NCBI GenBank assembly: GCA_951804945.1
Contig: OX638152.1
Coordinates: 73,594,001 to 73,658,000, forward strand
Origin: Podarcis cretensis
Taxonomy: Eukaryota
Direction: 5' to 3'
Length of the DNA: 64,000 nucleotides
Shown here: positions 48,905 to 62,275 of the stretch, piece by piece
Layout: each line of letters opens with the position of its first letter
How positions within the stretch are numbered: the first letter of the stretch is position 1
Position numbers and translations under genes: made by a program
The notes under the pieces: model-generated
What the model saw: only the letters and a program-made list of their open reading frames with translations
The model's database searches: none
Told to the model about the DNA's origin: nothing

Positions 48905-49231
48905 AACTGGTTGACAAGTCTTATCAGTCGCTGACGTATGAGCGGATTTTATTTGCTGCTATTCTGGGTTTCTGGTGCACCAGGGTTTACACCAGTGTAA
49001 TAGAGTTGGCCAGCATGCCAGAAGGGATACAGTTTATGAGCTTTCTCCATTATCTGCACAGCAGGGGGGGTGTTCAGTCAACAGTGCAAAGGCTGAGCTG
49101 AAGCGTTCCCTGCTGGTTACCTGCTTTCAGCAATAGGGGTCGCTGTTTGGTAGTACCCAATTGGTTAGCTGTCAGATTCTAGAGCTCCCTATTGGTGGCT
49201 CTTAGGTAATTCACAAAACACAGAGTCCATT
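48905..49231 (-). repeat. Unclassified ~327-bp interspersed element, copy 2
   Basis: Reverse complement of 1715-2040 with the same two endpoints. Confidence 0.9.
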
Positions 49232-50559
49232 CAGGCTGCTGCAGTTTTGAGCAGTTCAGTTAAAAGGACCTGCAAAACCCGGGTTCTAACTATATGCTAC
49301 CAAACCCAGTTCAAGGTGTCAGTATTAATGATGTTTAAGGCCCTGAGCAACTATATTGTGCCAGTGCCCCTACAGGACCTGAGCCTCACCACCACCCTGC
49401 CTTGCTCCTAGCATCGTAAATGCCTGAAATGCTATTGTCAGGGAACTAGCTCCACAGCATTGCCCTGCTGGGGCTGGCTGTTCCTGGATAACACTACTGA
49501 AAAAGCTCTCCCTTGTGGTTGAATAACCCATTGCCAACAGAGAAGACAACTAGAGAAGAGCTTCAGCAGAAGATCAGATTAATTATGTCGTCTTTGAGCT
49601 GATTGATATTAGCTTCCTAGTGAGTTTGTAGAGTTCACCTGTCGTATGGCACAAAGGCAGCACTTCTAGGCCCAGCCTCTCTCAGAATCCACAGAAGGCG
49701 AGCTCCGAAAACATACACTTTGGATTCTATCTCTATATAAAGAGATATTCTCAAGGAGCAGTGTTAAGTCTGCAAGCTGTTTTGCCACTTTGGTCCCTTC
49801 AGGTGAATTATTTTTTTCACACACACCCCTTCTAAACACAAAAAACAATTACCGACCTCTTTGTTTTAAATTTTAAACATTCAGGCAAAGTTATTGTTGA
49901 GTTAGTTATCATTTTAAAAGTTCCTTAATTGCAACAGGGCAGTTGACTGGTACTATTGACTTCCGGATAGCAAGGGGATTATCCTTTTCACAAATGTGCA
50001 CAGCGAGACAAAACACCCCATCACTTCCAAAGATGGATTCCTCTCCCCCCCCCCCCCCAACAGTTGAAATAGAGAATATGATGCTATACTACATTTATAA
50101 TGATTGGTAAATCAAACTATGCATTTAACTCTGTGAATAGATTTCAGGTGGGCACAGAAATTCACTTCAGGTTATTCTCCTCTTCCCTCCAAATGAATTA
50201 ACAGCCTGAGGGGAAATCCTCTACCAGTTTGACACTAATGCCGACTTTCCTAACTAATGCTTTTCACCTATGACAGTCACAGGTCAATCGCAGCACTTGG
50301 CACCTTCTATAGCTACAGAATCGACCTGAATTTTCAGCAATGGGGAATAAATAAGCCTGTTGTGCAAATCTTGCTGGGTGTTTAGGATGGGGATGGGTTT
50401 CTCTCAGTAAGCGAAAAATTTGACTGAGTGGTGAGTGGGAAATGCAGGTTTGATTTAGCAACTGCCATATTGTGTGTGCTTGTGTGTGTGTATGTGTAAA
50501 GCCAAGTTTTGAATGAATTTCAGTCCATTATATACAATTTCTACACACACGCACCTTCC

Positions 50560-50900
50560 CTCCAAAATGACAGTCATGCTATTAAGCATAATAATTGTTC
50601 ATGAGTGAACGCTGCTTATTGTCCCTTTTGATTTTGCCTCTGAGGCAGGCTTCTTACTCAGCAGAAGTCAAGGGTCACCTGCTAAATCATGCATACCCAC
50701 AATCCCTTGTGAATTATGCAGTTGACAAACTGCCGTTAATGATTAGTACAACCTGCATTAAAACCCTGGCACTAAATTGATATTACTTGAGTGATGGATT
50801 ACAACTCTAATGAGCAGATTATTGCCACAAGTGACCTTGTCGACTGAAAGAGTGTTTCAATATAACTCACATATCTAACCTTCTCCTGTCATAGCAGTGC
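50560..50900. promoter_or_regulatory. Candidate conserved non-coding element (MEIS/PBX-HOX/TAAT motifs)
   Basis: TGACAG 50568, TGATGGAT 50792, CTGTCA 50886, many TAAT/ATTA cores, repeat-free; motif evidence only. Confidence 0.4.
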
Positions 50901-52866
50901 TAAAATATATATACATATACTTTTTAAAAAACTCCAAATGTTTCTTTCTAATCTCTCAGTAAGATCTAAACAGCTTCTTTAAGAGGGGATTAGTCTCATT
51001 ACTCTAGAGCAATACCCCAGTTGATATACTTTAAAAAATGTTAAATATATAAACTGACCAGAAAGCTGTACGATTCTGATGAAAAAATATTCCTTTTTTT
51101 ACTTTTATTTTACCCTCCTATTCCTCAGAGCATTGATGTTCCAGTATGAGTTGCTAGCTTGACTGCAGAGGGTGATGGCATGCTTACCAGTATAAACATG
51201 AATGAACGTGTCATTAATGGCTATGAAAGGAGGTGCTCTTTAAAAAAAAAAATCAAACTTTCTTAATGATTCAGGTAAAATAGTAATAAACTTAAAGAAT
51301 TAAATCACGACACACACCTGTTCACTGTGCATTATATTGATTTGTATGCTTTTTCAAAGAATCCATTCTTGGTGTGTAGGGACATCAAAAAACTGTGATC
51401 TACCCCAGTCCAATTGCGGTTAATTTGGAAATATGATGGTGACAATTTTCCTAGGGATTTCAGCAAGAAAACCTTGCGCACAAACACATCCTGTGGCACA
51501 GAAGAAACAGCCTTTGTGTTTTATTTTAATAGACCCCCCACAAATGAAGCACATTCTGGCTTTTGTCCATGCATAGTTAGCAGCACATTCAGAAATGCTT
51601 GCCATCCTACATGAGAACAGATGAGGTTGGGGAAGGGAAGAGGAGATGAGAAGCTCTTTAATGATGGAACTAATTGAGCATAAGCCATGTTGACTCATAA
51701 GGGAGAAGGGGGAAGAAATCTCACGAGAGGAACAAAACACATGTGCTTCGCCACTAATTTCCCATAACCATGAATGAACAGCTATGAACAAATAAGAAGA
51801 AGTTAAGAGGGGGTGGAAGATGGAGGGTTGATATACTATAAACTCCTTCCTATCAGTCACAGGGCTGTTGCCATCAGTGTAAATCAGGAAAATAACTCAA
51901 GGGAGTTACAAGAAGAATGAAACCAACAACATCACATCCAGACTGGTGTGAAGCCAAGCTCAGAGTACAACCAACCACTGTTTAATCTTGAGACCAACAG
52001 CTATTTTATTCCACTTACAGAGTTAAAAGCTCTGTGAACACCACCTATTAGTAAAGGATGTTCCAGAAACTGAGAAAAATTGAACTCCACTTGAAACACA
52101 GAGCATGTTCAAACCATAAGCAATGGTTTGAAGCTGGATTGATTGAAACTAACCATGGTTAGGGTTAAGCAGCTGTCCATGGTTTGGATGTAACAATAAG
52201 TTAAAGGAAAGCAGTTGTTTCCAAACTTCATCCTTCAAGCTAGCAGGAACACAAGCTGAAAGAGCGGAGCACACAGGCTCAGGAGGAGGCAAGGCTTGTT
52301 CGTGTAGTGATAAGCCATGGTTTAGCATGAAGGTCTTCATAGTTCCTTGCTGTCGTTTTGAAAACGCTTATAAAGAAACTTCCAGAATCAGTAACAGATG
52401 TACATCTTTGTAATATGGGACAGGAGAAATGTGAATCTGAGGTATGTGAGTCGAAGATAACATTGAGGGTCATGTGTCCTATTATGGGGGTTCTCCTTTG
52501 TTGTACTTTCTGGGTTCTCCCCTATATAGCACATATTGAATTAAGTAGGCATAACAGATCGCTACATTATGAAAGTATGGTATAGCTGTCATCTTTGTGC
52601 CTTATTGTTCATCTTCTATGTACTTTGGAAGATAGTGCATTCAAATGCAACTTAAGGTACCGTAATCAAATTGGTATGATGGTTCATGAGATCAAACAGC
52701 AAATTTCCAACAATATTCGATACGCTTGGATGCCTTTTAGAATCAACATGGAAGACTGAAATTTTCCAAACTGTACTGCTGTTAACCACTGATTTCAAAT
52801 CTGCACTGATTTTCTTCTTGTTTCTTAGAATTCTCAAGCAACACCAGGTAAAAGACTGCTAGTCAT

Positions 52867-52879
52867 AAACTAACTAACC

Positions 52880-52921
<42 letters not shown>
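52867..52921. repeat. (AACT)n microsatellite
   Basis: About 13 units with one interruption. Confidence 0.95.
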
Positions 52922-55900
52922 TATTCTGCTGGGAAATTTTAAACTGTATCATTATTGAGTGTGAGTCTTTTTCATTAGGACCTTCTCAAATGAAAGAAAT
53001 TCAGAGAAACTCCAAGGGAAAGAGATTCATCATCGCAGACAGTGGTAGTAAAGTATACCTGCCTTCCCTTTAAGAAAGGAAGTATTTGTTATTAAAGATA
53101 ACTGGTTCTAGACCATTCTTCAGGAACAGAGTAAGGAGGACAAAACACATTTCAGCTTCACTACTTAAAATTAAGTAGTGGGGGTACAACTAGAGTATAG
53201 CAAAATTTAGCAGATGGAACAATACCAGTGCCTAAGGAAAATTTTGTTTTGGTATATATTTATATTATATCTCACATCTGTGAAATGTTTGGAGCAGCTA
53301 TTTGCAAAACTACCATCTGGAAGCGAAAGAACATTTTATACTGATCATTCCATAAACAGTGTTTTGGTTGGAAAAATTATTAAAGAATATCTCCCATGAA
53401 GCAGTTACTGTCTACTGGCTGTACTTTACAGTGCCAAATTCTACTCTCTCCCAGCTATAAAAGGGCCTAGCGTGCACATACGGAGACAACTTTTATAAAG
53501 CTGTACAGCTTTTTAAGGAAGCTGTTAACAATTTCAATAGCCAGCAACAATCAGAGCGACTTCCATAAGATGCAGGGAATAAGAGGGCAATGTCACATCA
53601 GCATGGCATCTGTAACATCAGACTCCAAGTGGCTGTCACTTGCTTCAAAAGCCTGAACGGCATGATCACTCCAGTGCAGAAAGTGAAATGCTGCAGGGCC
53701 TGCAACAATCCAGACAACCCACTAGCCAAAGTACATTCATGAAGTTCTATAAAAGCCTTCTGAAAAGTCAGGAATCGCAATGAAATTCTGATAACATTAT
53801 AGCAGGTTACAGTTACTACACCCAGTATAATCTCATGGAACAAAGAACTGTTAGGGCATGCCTGCAGTGCAAGTTTATTATAAAGTACAGAGAAAGTAAA
53901 AAAAAAATGTTCACTGTATATGATTAATTTCAATCTTTTTGGCTTTATTCCTTGAGTTTACCCTCTGTACAAAAGGCATTGTCTCAGGTCATGATACGCA
54001 GACTTTTTGTGTGAAAAAGAACATGAAATAATGACATAGATTTGAGGATTTAAGGTAATGTTTGTTTATAGAAAGTGTTGTTGTTGGGGTAGATGAAGTG
54101 AATATTGTTTTTATATAGCTGATGAAGAATAGGAAGTTCTTCAGTTTCTGAGCTTTCTCTCTCTTTTAACATCTTTTCTACTTCTTTTTCTTTCTTTCTT
54201 TCTTTCCTTCTTCCTTCCTTTCTTTTTCGTTTTTCTTTCTTTCTCATTTTCTCCCCCTCCTCTCTGTTTTTATTTTATTTAGATTAACATTTTAGTTTGG
54301 ATTTAAAAAAAGAAACTTGATATTGAGCTTTGTATTTCTCTTTATAAATCCTAACAAAATTTATTACCAGGTATATATCTCTCCACTGATATTTTCCTGG
54401 TTTAACATGTGGAGGAATAGAGGAAAATGGCAGAAATCATGAAATGCGATGGGCTAGCTCAAATGAAAACCTGCTTCACCACCCAGTCAACACCTTTCCC
54501 ACATGTGATGGCTCTAGAATGGAGGGGGGCTTTTGCAGACATTCTGCACTGAGCAATCTTCCAGGGTTCAGATTCCAGTGGAGCGTGGGGCCAAAGACAA
54601 AAGTGGCCAAAGCAACAAATGCAAACCTTACCTTTATACGGTAGGTTAGCTTCTACCCACACACCTTTCTCTGTCCTCCACAGGCCCAAAGGAGGGTGAG
54701 CATGAATGATTTGGTGCAGGGAAATCAAAGGAGGATGTCAAAAACATTGTAGTGACTTTATCACAAGAAAAGGTAAACGTATAACACCGCCTGCAAAGCC
54801 CTACGGCTGTTACAGACTTGGGTTGAACACCAAAGCAGAGAGAGGTTGCCCTGACTTGTCCACAAGGCGCTAATATGTTAAGCAAGCTATGTCAGCTGGC
54901 ATCAATAGCCCAATCAACTCAGCCCTGACTTAGAGGCCCCTTTCCATCCATCTTTCAGATAAGGGAATAGCTGACAGGCGGCTGGTGTGAGAAGCCTCTC
55001 CTCTCTCAACTAACTGAACCAAAACTAAGGTTCCAAAGCATCAAAGCAGATAAACACACGAGAGTGCATCCTTACAGCAAATAAGTCCCTGGATTATCTT
55101 GACCACCAAGATGGTATTTCCTGGCCTTCAGGAATGCTTTTGCCATTTCGTTCTACACACCCGCCATCCATCCATGCAAGCAAGCAAGGAAGCATTGCCA
55201 GAGTTCAAGGACACATTTTTGCCAAGTAAAAACCTTCATGGAAGGTGCAAGGTGGAGTTGGTAAGGGGTGCAGCATAGAGCTGGAGCATCGACCATTCAG
55301 AATCTCAATAGCCAATTAGGTGAGTGCTATGAACAGGGCAACCTAAACAGCAGCGAACTGAGCCACTTGGTCTCAAGTGCAGAATTTCTGCATTACTGGG
55401 TGATCTCCGGAGAAAGATAGCCAAAGGAAGCCACCATGAGGCCTTTTGTCCCACTGGTAGGTAAAGAATGGCAGCGATTGTTCCCACTTCAAAACATTTC
55501 TGTTGCCTTTTGTATTTAAAGAAGTTTCTTTCCACTCCACAGCTTTGAACATAATTACTTTCCACTGTAGTCTAACAGAGTCACTAAGCAGCTGATAAAA
55601 GGCAAAGGAATCAGGACTATTTTCCAACTGAAAAAAGGGCTTTTTTTATTGGAACTGATAACTCTCACCAAGGGCTCCAGGCTTCTGTTACATCAATTTG
55701 AGGAACTCATAATCTCTGCATTATGAATGTTCAACCAGGCTATTTCCTGCTGAAGTGCTTGGCGCACCTTGAGCATTGCTTGCTTCTGTTGTCATCCTCG
55801 GGTAAACAGCTTTTGACACATTTTCAATATGATTACATTAGAACAAGTGGGCTGTGATTGATAACCTAATATTCAGGCCATGCAAATCATCAATCACTGG

Positions 55901-57827
55901 AAGTATATTAATTATTCAATGTAACCGTCTAATGCAAGAATCAATGCTGGAAATGAAGAAAAGAAGCTCACAGTTCCCAGTAGAGTCAACAGTAGATAAT
56001 AAAAAAGGAATACTAAATAATCTGAGTTTATAATCATCTTTTTAATAAAATCCATTTATTTAGCTGTCAAAAACATGGTACAATTAGGGTGGTGGTTGCT
56101 GTTTTTTTTAAAAAAAGGAAAATAGGATAATGAAAATTATTATTATTTCCTTGAAGAAAGACATTCATGCTTTTAAGTAGTGATTACATTAGTGGCTTAA
56201 AAAATGAAAGCTGTAAATGAAAGCAGAGATAGATTCTAGGACAAACTGTATCACGAGGGATTTAAGCTGTCCATTTTATATATGGGGAGTTTAGATCTGA
56301 AACCATGAGGGCATCTGCACTATAATACTCTTTAACCAGTTTGCTGAAAAGAAGTCAAGGGAACAATATTTCTGTAAGATGATGATTGCTGTCTGACAGG
56401 AAATTCTCTTTATTTTCAAAGTTAGTGTTCCTATAATACCATAGGAAATGCTATACAGTAACTGACAAAGTGGTTTGAAAACCTTAAAAATCAAATCTCC
56501 ATGCAAAGGTTTTCAGTTACGACATACAATGTGTGAACACATGGAAAGAAAATGCACAGGTCACTGGTGTTGTTTTATTGCTGCTTGCTTGCAAACATTT
56601 ATCCCCATGTCAACATTGACAACAACACACCTGTGCGGTAAAACCATCATTCCTTGAGAGGAGAACAGGGAATTTACCGTATCTCTCTACAAGTTGCAGT
56701 ACTAAACTATTTTCAGGAGAAATATTGTAGCGTCTGCATTTCATAGGAGAAATGACAATGGATTGAAAAGCAATCTGATCACTTACCCTATGGTAAGAAC
56801 AAGGATTACCGTAATTAGAATGAAGTTAGCATAAGCTTATATTACTTTACATTTGAAGGGCCAGTCTTCTCTTTAGGCAGTTTTCCCCACTCTTTTCCCA
56901 CCATTTTTGTAGTTTTACTGCTTTTGGGGGGCCGTTTTTGCACTTTAAATTGATTTATCTAATTATTTTCTGGTGCCGCATGTATATGTAGTCATGTATG
57001 AAGTGGGAAGGCACCTATATGCATGTGTGTGTGTGTGTGCGCGCGCGCGTTTGGATGGGCAAATGGACATATCAATATATTCACACTGCATTAATGTAAA
57101 ATGTCAACCACTGTGGTCACTTGTATGAACAGCCATAAAGACGCTGTTTTCAAAACTAAAACTTTTTCTTTTAGCAAATACAGATGTCACACCTCCCCAA
57201 AAGCCCAGCACAGTCTTTTTGTGGAGAGGACTGTGGAAACATACCACTATGTTGCCACTCTTTGATTGTATTGCCCACAGACTGTGAATATAGAAGACGC
57301 CTATCAGCAGCTGTTCCATAAGCGAAAGCTACTATTTGCTCATGCCACCTCTTCTGCTGCCCTATTGAACATGTCATCAATCCTTCAACAGCTCTCCTTA
57401 TACTGTTGCCAGTGTTTTGTTCCTGTTGCCCAACTTTTCTGTTTTTTTAAAAAAATAGTAATTTGATTAAAAATGTCTGCAGTCAAAGAATCTCATGCAA
57501 AGCAAGCTCAATAATTTGAAACCTCCTCTCTAAAGTTTTCTTTGAAATGTTAATAAAAACCTTTTTTTGCAGGGACAAAACGCCATTGGCAAACTAAAGG
57601 TGGCGTTTAAGACTTGAAGTGTTAAATAAATTCCGTAACGAAAGCAGGCTGACATTTACAGAACGCTACAGTTAGTGGTTTCAGCAGAAAGCTGCAATGA
57701 GTCCAAACTGAGGACACAAAGAAATACATAGAATAATGAACAATATCACTACACAATGCAATACACAACACATAAATTAAGATGTGGAATTGGTTGTGAC
57801 AAGACGTATTTTAAAATGTTATTAAAA

Positions 57828-57950
57828 TAGGGATGGGGAATCTGTGGCCTTCCAGATATTGGTGGACTACAACTCCCATCATCCCTAGCCTGAGGCTGAT
57901 GGGAGTTGTAGTCCAGCAGCATCTGCAGATCCAGTGGTTCCTCACTCCTG
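57828..57950. mobile_element. Palindromic hAT-type MITE related to 463-598
   Basis: GGACTACAACTCCCATCA...TGATGGGAGTTGTAGTCC inverted arms. Confidence 0.82.
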
Positions 57951-59808
57951 GATTAGGCAAATGTATAGGTCTATCAATGTCTCTTAGTCAAGATAGCTAT
58001 AACGGGGCTTCCAAATTTGGAAGCAGTGGTCTTCTTTTATGATAGAACTCAAAGTGATGTACATGGGGATTCCAAGTAGTCTCCCATCAAGGAACTGGCC
58101 AAATCTAGCCAAATCAAGATTGCAGTACCATGTGCCTTCAGACCTATTCTGTGGGAGTATTCTGCCAAGGGACAATGGGAAACTTTGATCAAGCACTCTA
58201 GATTTCAGGAGTTTAGACAGAAGGATTAACTGGAGAAAATCTTGTACAGTCCATATCAAGCCAAGCTTAATACAGGTGAATGTGTCCCAGGTAGGCAATT
58301 TGTTCTGTGCAAACTGCTCTGCCTTGTATCAGCCTCGAAAAAGAAGAGTTCTGTCCATGTCAAAGCATGCCAACTTCACATCAAGCAGTTTGCAAACAAG
58401 AGTAGTGAATGGCTTGAATGTGACTGCTTATTCCATTTGTGCTATTGGTGGGTGCATCGGAGAGAGTGATTTAATTATAATTGAGCACGGCAAGATAAGT
58501 GGGTGGATAATTATGTGAATAAGCATCAATTGCGCATTTAGCTGATCAACCATCAATGTATTTGCTTTAGCAAGAAGTATTGATGGATACTGAAATTTGA
58601 ACTTGGGGTTAGGCATACCTGTTTTCCCAGGTGTTGAAAAGTTGGCTACCATTACATCCTATGTAATACATTTTATTCCAGTGAATATCAAGCTTTAAAT
58701 TGTGCATGCTGCAACTATGACAAACAAGCTGTTTTAGCTGCAGCACAGGAACTTGGAGTTCTGCTTTTTGTGTTCTTGTTTTCCTGGAACAGCCAATCAG
58801 CCACACACTATTCTCCAATGTACCGCAATTTGGCGCCTTCCCCAATACATTGCTGAGTTTTTGCAACTGTCCATAGGTTGTATGCGTGTGGGAGCGGTTT
58901 AGTGCAGTTTTTAATGGCTTGCCTCAAACTGTTTGTGTAACCCTGCATTGAAATGAGGTCACACAAGAACTTGCCTCAGAAACTCAAAGGAAGGGGCAGT
59001 AGGCTTGGTTGCATGTTTGTCAATAAATAGGGTATTCTATTACTCAAACATTTACCCACTCCTTACCTTATATATGCCAACACAGTCACTTCGATCCGTG
59101 GCACTTTCATAAGTGTCATATAATGTTTATTCTGCACTCGTAAGGAAGCTCTCTCCTTGCCCACTGACATTAATCAGATGACTCCCCTGTATTTTTTTCA
59201 GCGCCTGTTAAAAACAAACTGTATGGCAAGTCTATCCAGACATGTAAAATTGACATATATTTCAATCTGTAATTTTACCTTATAATGCATATGTTTAACT
59301 GTTGGTTATTCATATATACATATAAACTTCCATTGATTTTTATTTACACTTTTAATGGATAGTTTGTATTCTTGGCAAATAGCTTACAGGTTTTCGTTTG
59401 CAAGTAAGTGGTATATAAATGTTAAATAAATACATTTTTATATAACTGATGGACATATATTTAGTTTCCTTTCTGTATGTATGAGGTAAATAGCACAATA
59501 ACACTTACTGTAACAATGGGGCAGGGAGAGAGATTTCTGTAATCCCCCTACATGACCACAGTGTTGACCACAATGCATTCCCAATACTTTACAGTTATTT
59601 TGGTTCCGTCTACATTTTACCCATGAGTGTTTGGTTACCACAGCAAGACCTGGTGTCCTGTCTCCTGCCAGAGCATGCTCAGGAAAAAGCAAAGTCCAGG
59701 CCTGTGAAGTGATGCCTTTTTCCTGTCTGAAGTTGGCGGGGAAAATCAGCCCCTTAAATGAAAGGAAAGATTTGCTTTGCCCTTTTCTTTCTGTCTTATA
59801 TAGTTATA

Positions 59809-60116
59809 CCATATTTTTCCTTGTATAAGATGCCCCCATGTATAAGACAACCCCTGTTTTTTGGAACCCCAAATTAAGAAATCAATACTTTAAAGATCAA
59901 ACTGAACTTTGATATTTTATTAAATATTCAAAGCACCGGAACAAATATTCAATGGAGCGTGTCTCTGGCGGTTCCAGCAGCTTCTTCATGAGCGTCGCTG
60001 AAAGGTAAGTAGTGTTTTCTTTAACCCCTGTACATTCGCTACCCATTATAAGACAACCTACAATTTTTGACTAAAAAAATAGCAAAAACCATTGTCTTAT
60101 ACATGGGAAAATACAG
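59809..60116. mobile_element. Tc1/mariner-pogo MITE
   Basis: TA|CCATATTTTTCCTTGTATAAGA...TCTTATACATGGGAAAATACAG|TA. Confidence 0.85.
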
Positions 60117-61259
60117 TATTTGTGTTTCTTTTTTACACAAGAACTGTGGAAAAGTTAGACTTCAAGTTATCTGAGAATCAGAGTCGTCCTTTGTAGACGG
60201 CAGATGTTTCTCCTCAGAAAAATTCCCTCACACAGGAACATTTTGATGGGAGATGGGAAGATGGGATTACAAAGAAGGGCATTCCCTTCTTAGAAACAAC
60301 AAGTAAGTAAGTAAGTAATTGCCTGGTTTTGCCAGTTTCAACGAAGCTGTCCTTTCTGTTCCAACATTGTGGCTCTGAAATGAATTATGGGTGAAGGCTG
60401 TCCACATCATGGTGCTTCTTTTCTCTCACAAATGCCATGAGTAGGGAACTTGCTCTGGCCAAAGATTATAAGCATACGTGTGTGTGTGTGTGTGTGTGTG
60501 TGTGAGTGTGATGTTGTGGTAATAATATAAGTCTGGAGGGAAATTGTCACACACGTACAGGAGAATTCAGAAAAGAGAATTCTACAAACTCGGAGAAAGG
60601 ATCCAACTGCCTGAGACCCACAAACAAAGTGGTTGCAAATGGGAGCCATTATCCTACACATAATGTACAGAACCTACCACTCTCCCTCCTCCTACTGCCA
60701 GTCTGGAGCTCTTTAAGCAAAACAGCTGCTCTCAGCTCACAGGAGCGACTCCTGCTGCCTCACCCATCAAGACAACTAGCGAGTTTCCTCACAGAAATGT
60801 TTGGCAGGTTTAATAGGCATTGGTTGCATGCAAATAGGTGCCGAATAAATCATTGTATATTGCAGCACAGCCCCTGAGGGGGTTTGTACCTATGGAACTT
60901 GCTACTGTCACTCCACTTCCACATATACCTTAATCATGTTATTCATTCAGCAAGAAGGTTGAGCATTACAGCGAGAGACTTTAATCCCTCACTGCTGATG
61001 ATCTGACTGTGAGAGACAGCACGAGAGCAGGAAACCTGGAGAAAAAAATTCTTTGGGCAGGATTCAAATACCGTTATTTCTCTACACTTGTTTTTAGGCA
61101 AGGGCCTCATTATCAGAGAATCTACCTGAACCTCTTTAGAAAAAGTGACGGGTTTAGGGCCTATGACAGCAGGCCCCACGTGCCCAAAAAGGGTTGCCAC
61201 CAGATCCCTATAAAGCAGAGATTTTAAAGTGCAGATCTCTCAGGTCTCCAGTCTTTGGT

Positions 61260-61905
61260 TCAGTTTGTCATGTTTCTGAATCGTTTTTCAGGTCTACTTG
61301 TTTTTAACCTTCACAAAAGTGCACTCGCGCTTTGATGCAACATTTCATTCATATATCTATATATCTATCTGTGTGAAATCTTGTCTAATATATGTAACAC
61401 ATTTTTGCATGTTATTTTCACCAGTATAATGCATTTTATGTACACTTGATCCTAATATACACATTTTTGTGCACATATTTTGGCTGGAAAGATGTGCATT
61501 CAGGGAAATGTGAATTTTGAAGGTTAGCTGCGTTTTGATCTGCAAACTGTTTCAGGAAGTGCAACCTAACTGAATTTCTCCCAAGTTTGATTCTGGTTTC
61601 AGGTATCTATAAAATTTGCACTTTCTTGAAACAACAGTTATTCTCTAAAATTATGGATGGAAATGTATAGGGGGGAAATGGAGAACGTGTGTATAAAAAT
61701 GAATATATTGTGAAAATAACACACACAAATGCATTATAGTAGAGAAAATTGGCTTCAAAAAAGTGTACGTGGGTCAAAATTGCATTTAAAAATGTTTATT
61801 ATCACTAAATTGCTGATGAGGTGTTTTTTTAAAACAACAAAACCCACAAATTGCTGCAAAATGTGCAGAGCTGAATTTAAGACTGGAAGATTGAGAAACT
61901 GAGAG
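61260..61905. mobile_element. Two oppositely oriented fragments of the AT-rich hAT MITE family
   Basis: ATAATGCATTTT/AAATGCATTAT and TGAAAATAACA motifs shared with 63483-63840 and 4550-4800. Confidence 0.6.
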
Positions 61906-61910
61906 AACAA

Positions 61911-61911
<1 letters not shown>

Positions 61912-61941
<30 letters not shown>

Positions 61942-62275
61942 ACAACAATAAATTCAATTTATGTACCACCCTTTATCAAAAGATCCCAGAGCTGTACAAC
62001 ATTAAAAACACATTACAGAACCTCAATGATAAAAACAAAATAAAAAGAATACTGACAGAGACCATAATAATAAAATAGTCATAATTATAACAGTCCTCTC
62101 CCCCACACTTTCACAGGGCATAGATTATTTGATAGCCATAGGCCTGAGTAAAGAGGAATGTTTTTGCCTGGCACCTAAAGACATGCAATGATGGCGCCAG
62201 GCGATCCTCTGGGGAGAGCAGTCCACAATTGGGGAGCAACCACAGAAAAGGCCCATTCTCTCCTTGCCATTCCCA
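61912..62275 (-). mobile_element. L2-type LINE 3' end with (TAA/CAA)n tail
   Basis: GGCGCCAGGCGATCCTCTGGGGAGAGCAGTCCACAATTGGGGAGCAACCACAGAAAAGGCCC. Confidence 0.75.

Noticed and set aside
1715-49231. A single 47-kb transposon bounded by 326-bp inverted repeats
   Set aside because: No TSD outside the pair, no transposase inside, and the interior is ordinary old genomic sequence; two independent insertions are simpler.
54015-54370. Third L1 insertion at an AGAACAT site
   Set aside because: T-rich sequence could be an L1 3' UTR but no matching TSD or ORF remnant was found.
57266-57466. Protein-like ORF TVNIEDAYQQLFHKRK after a CAG acceptor
   Set aside because: No convincing donor and no recognisable homology.
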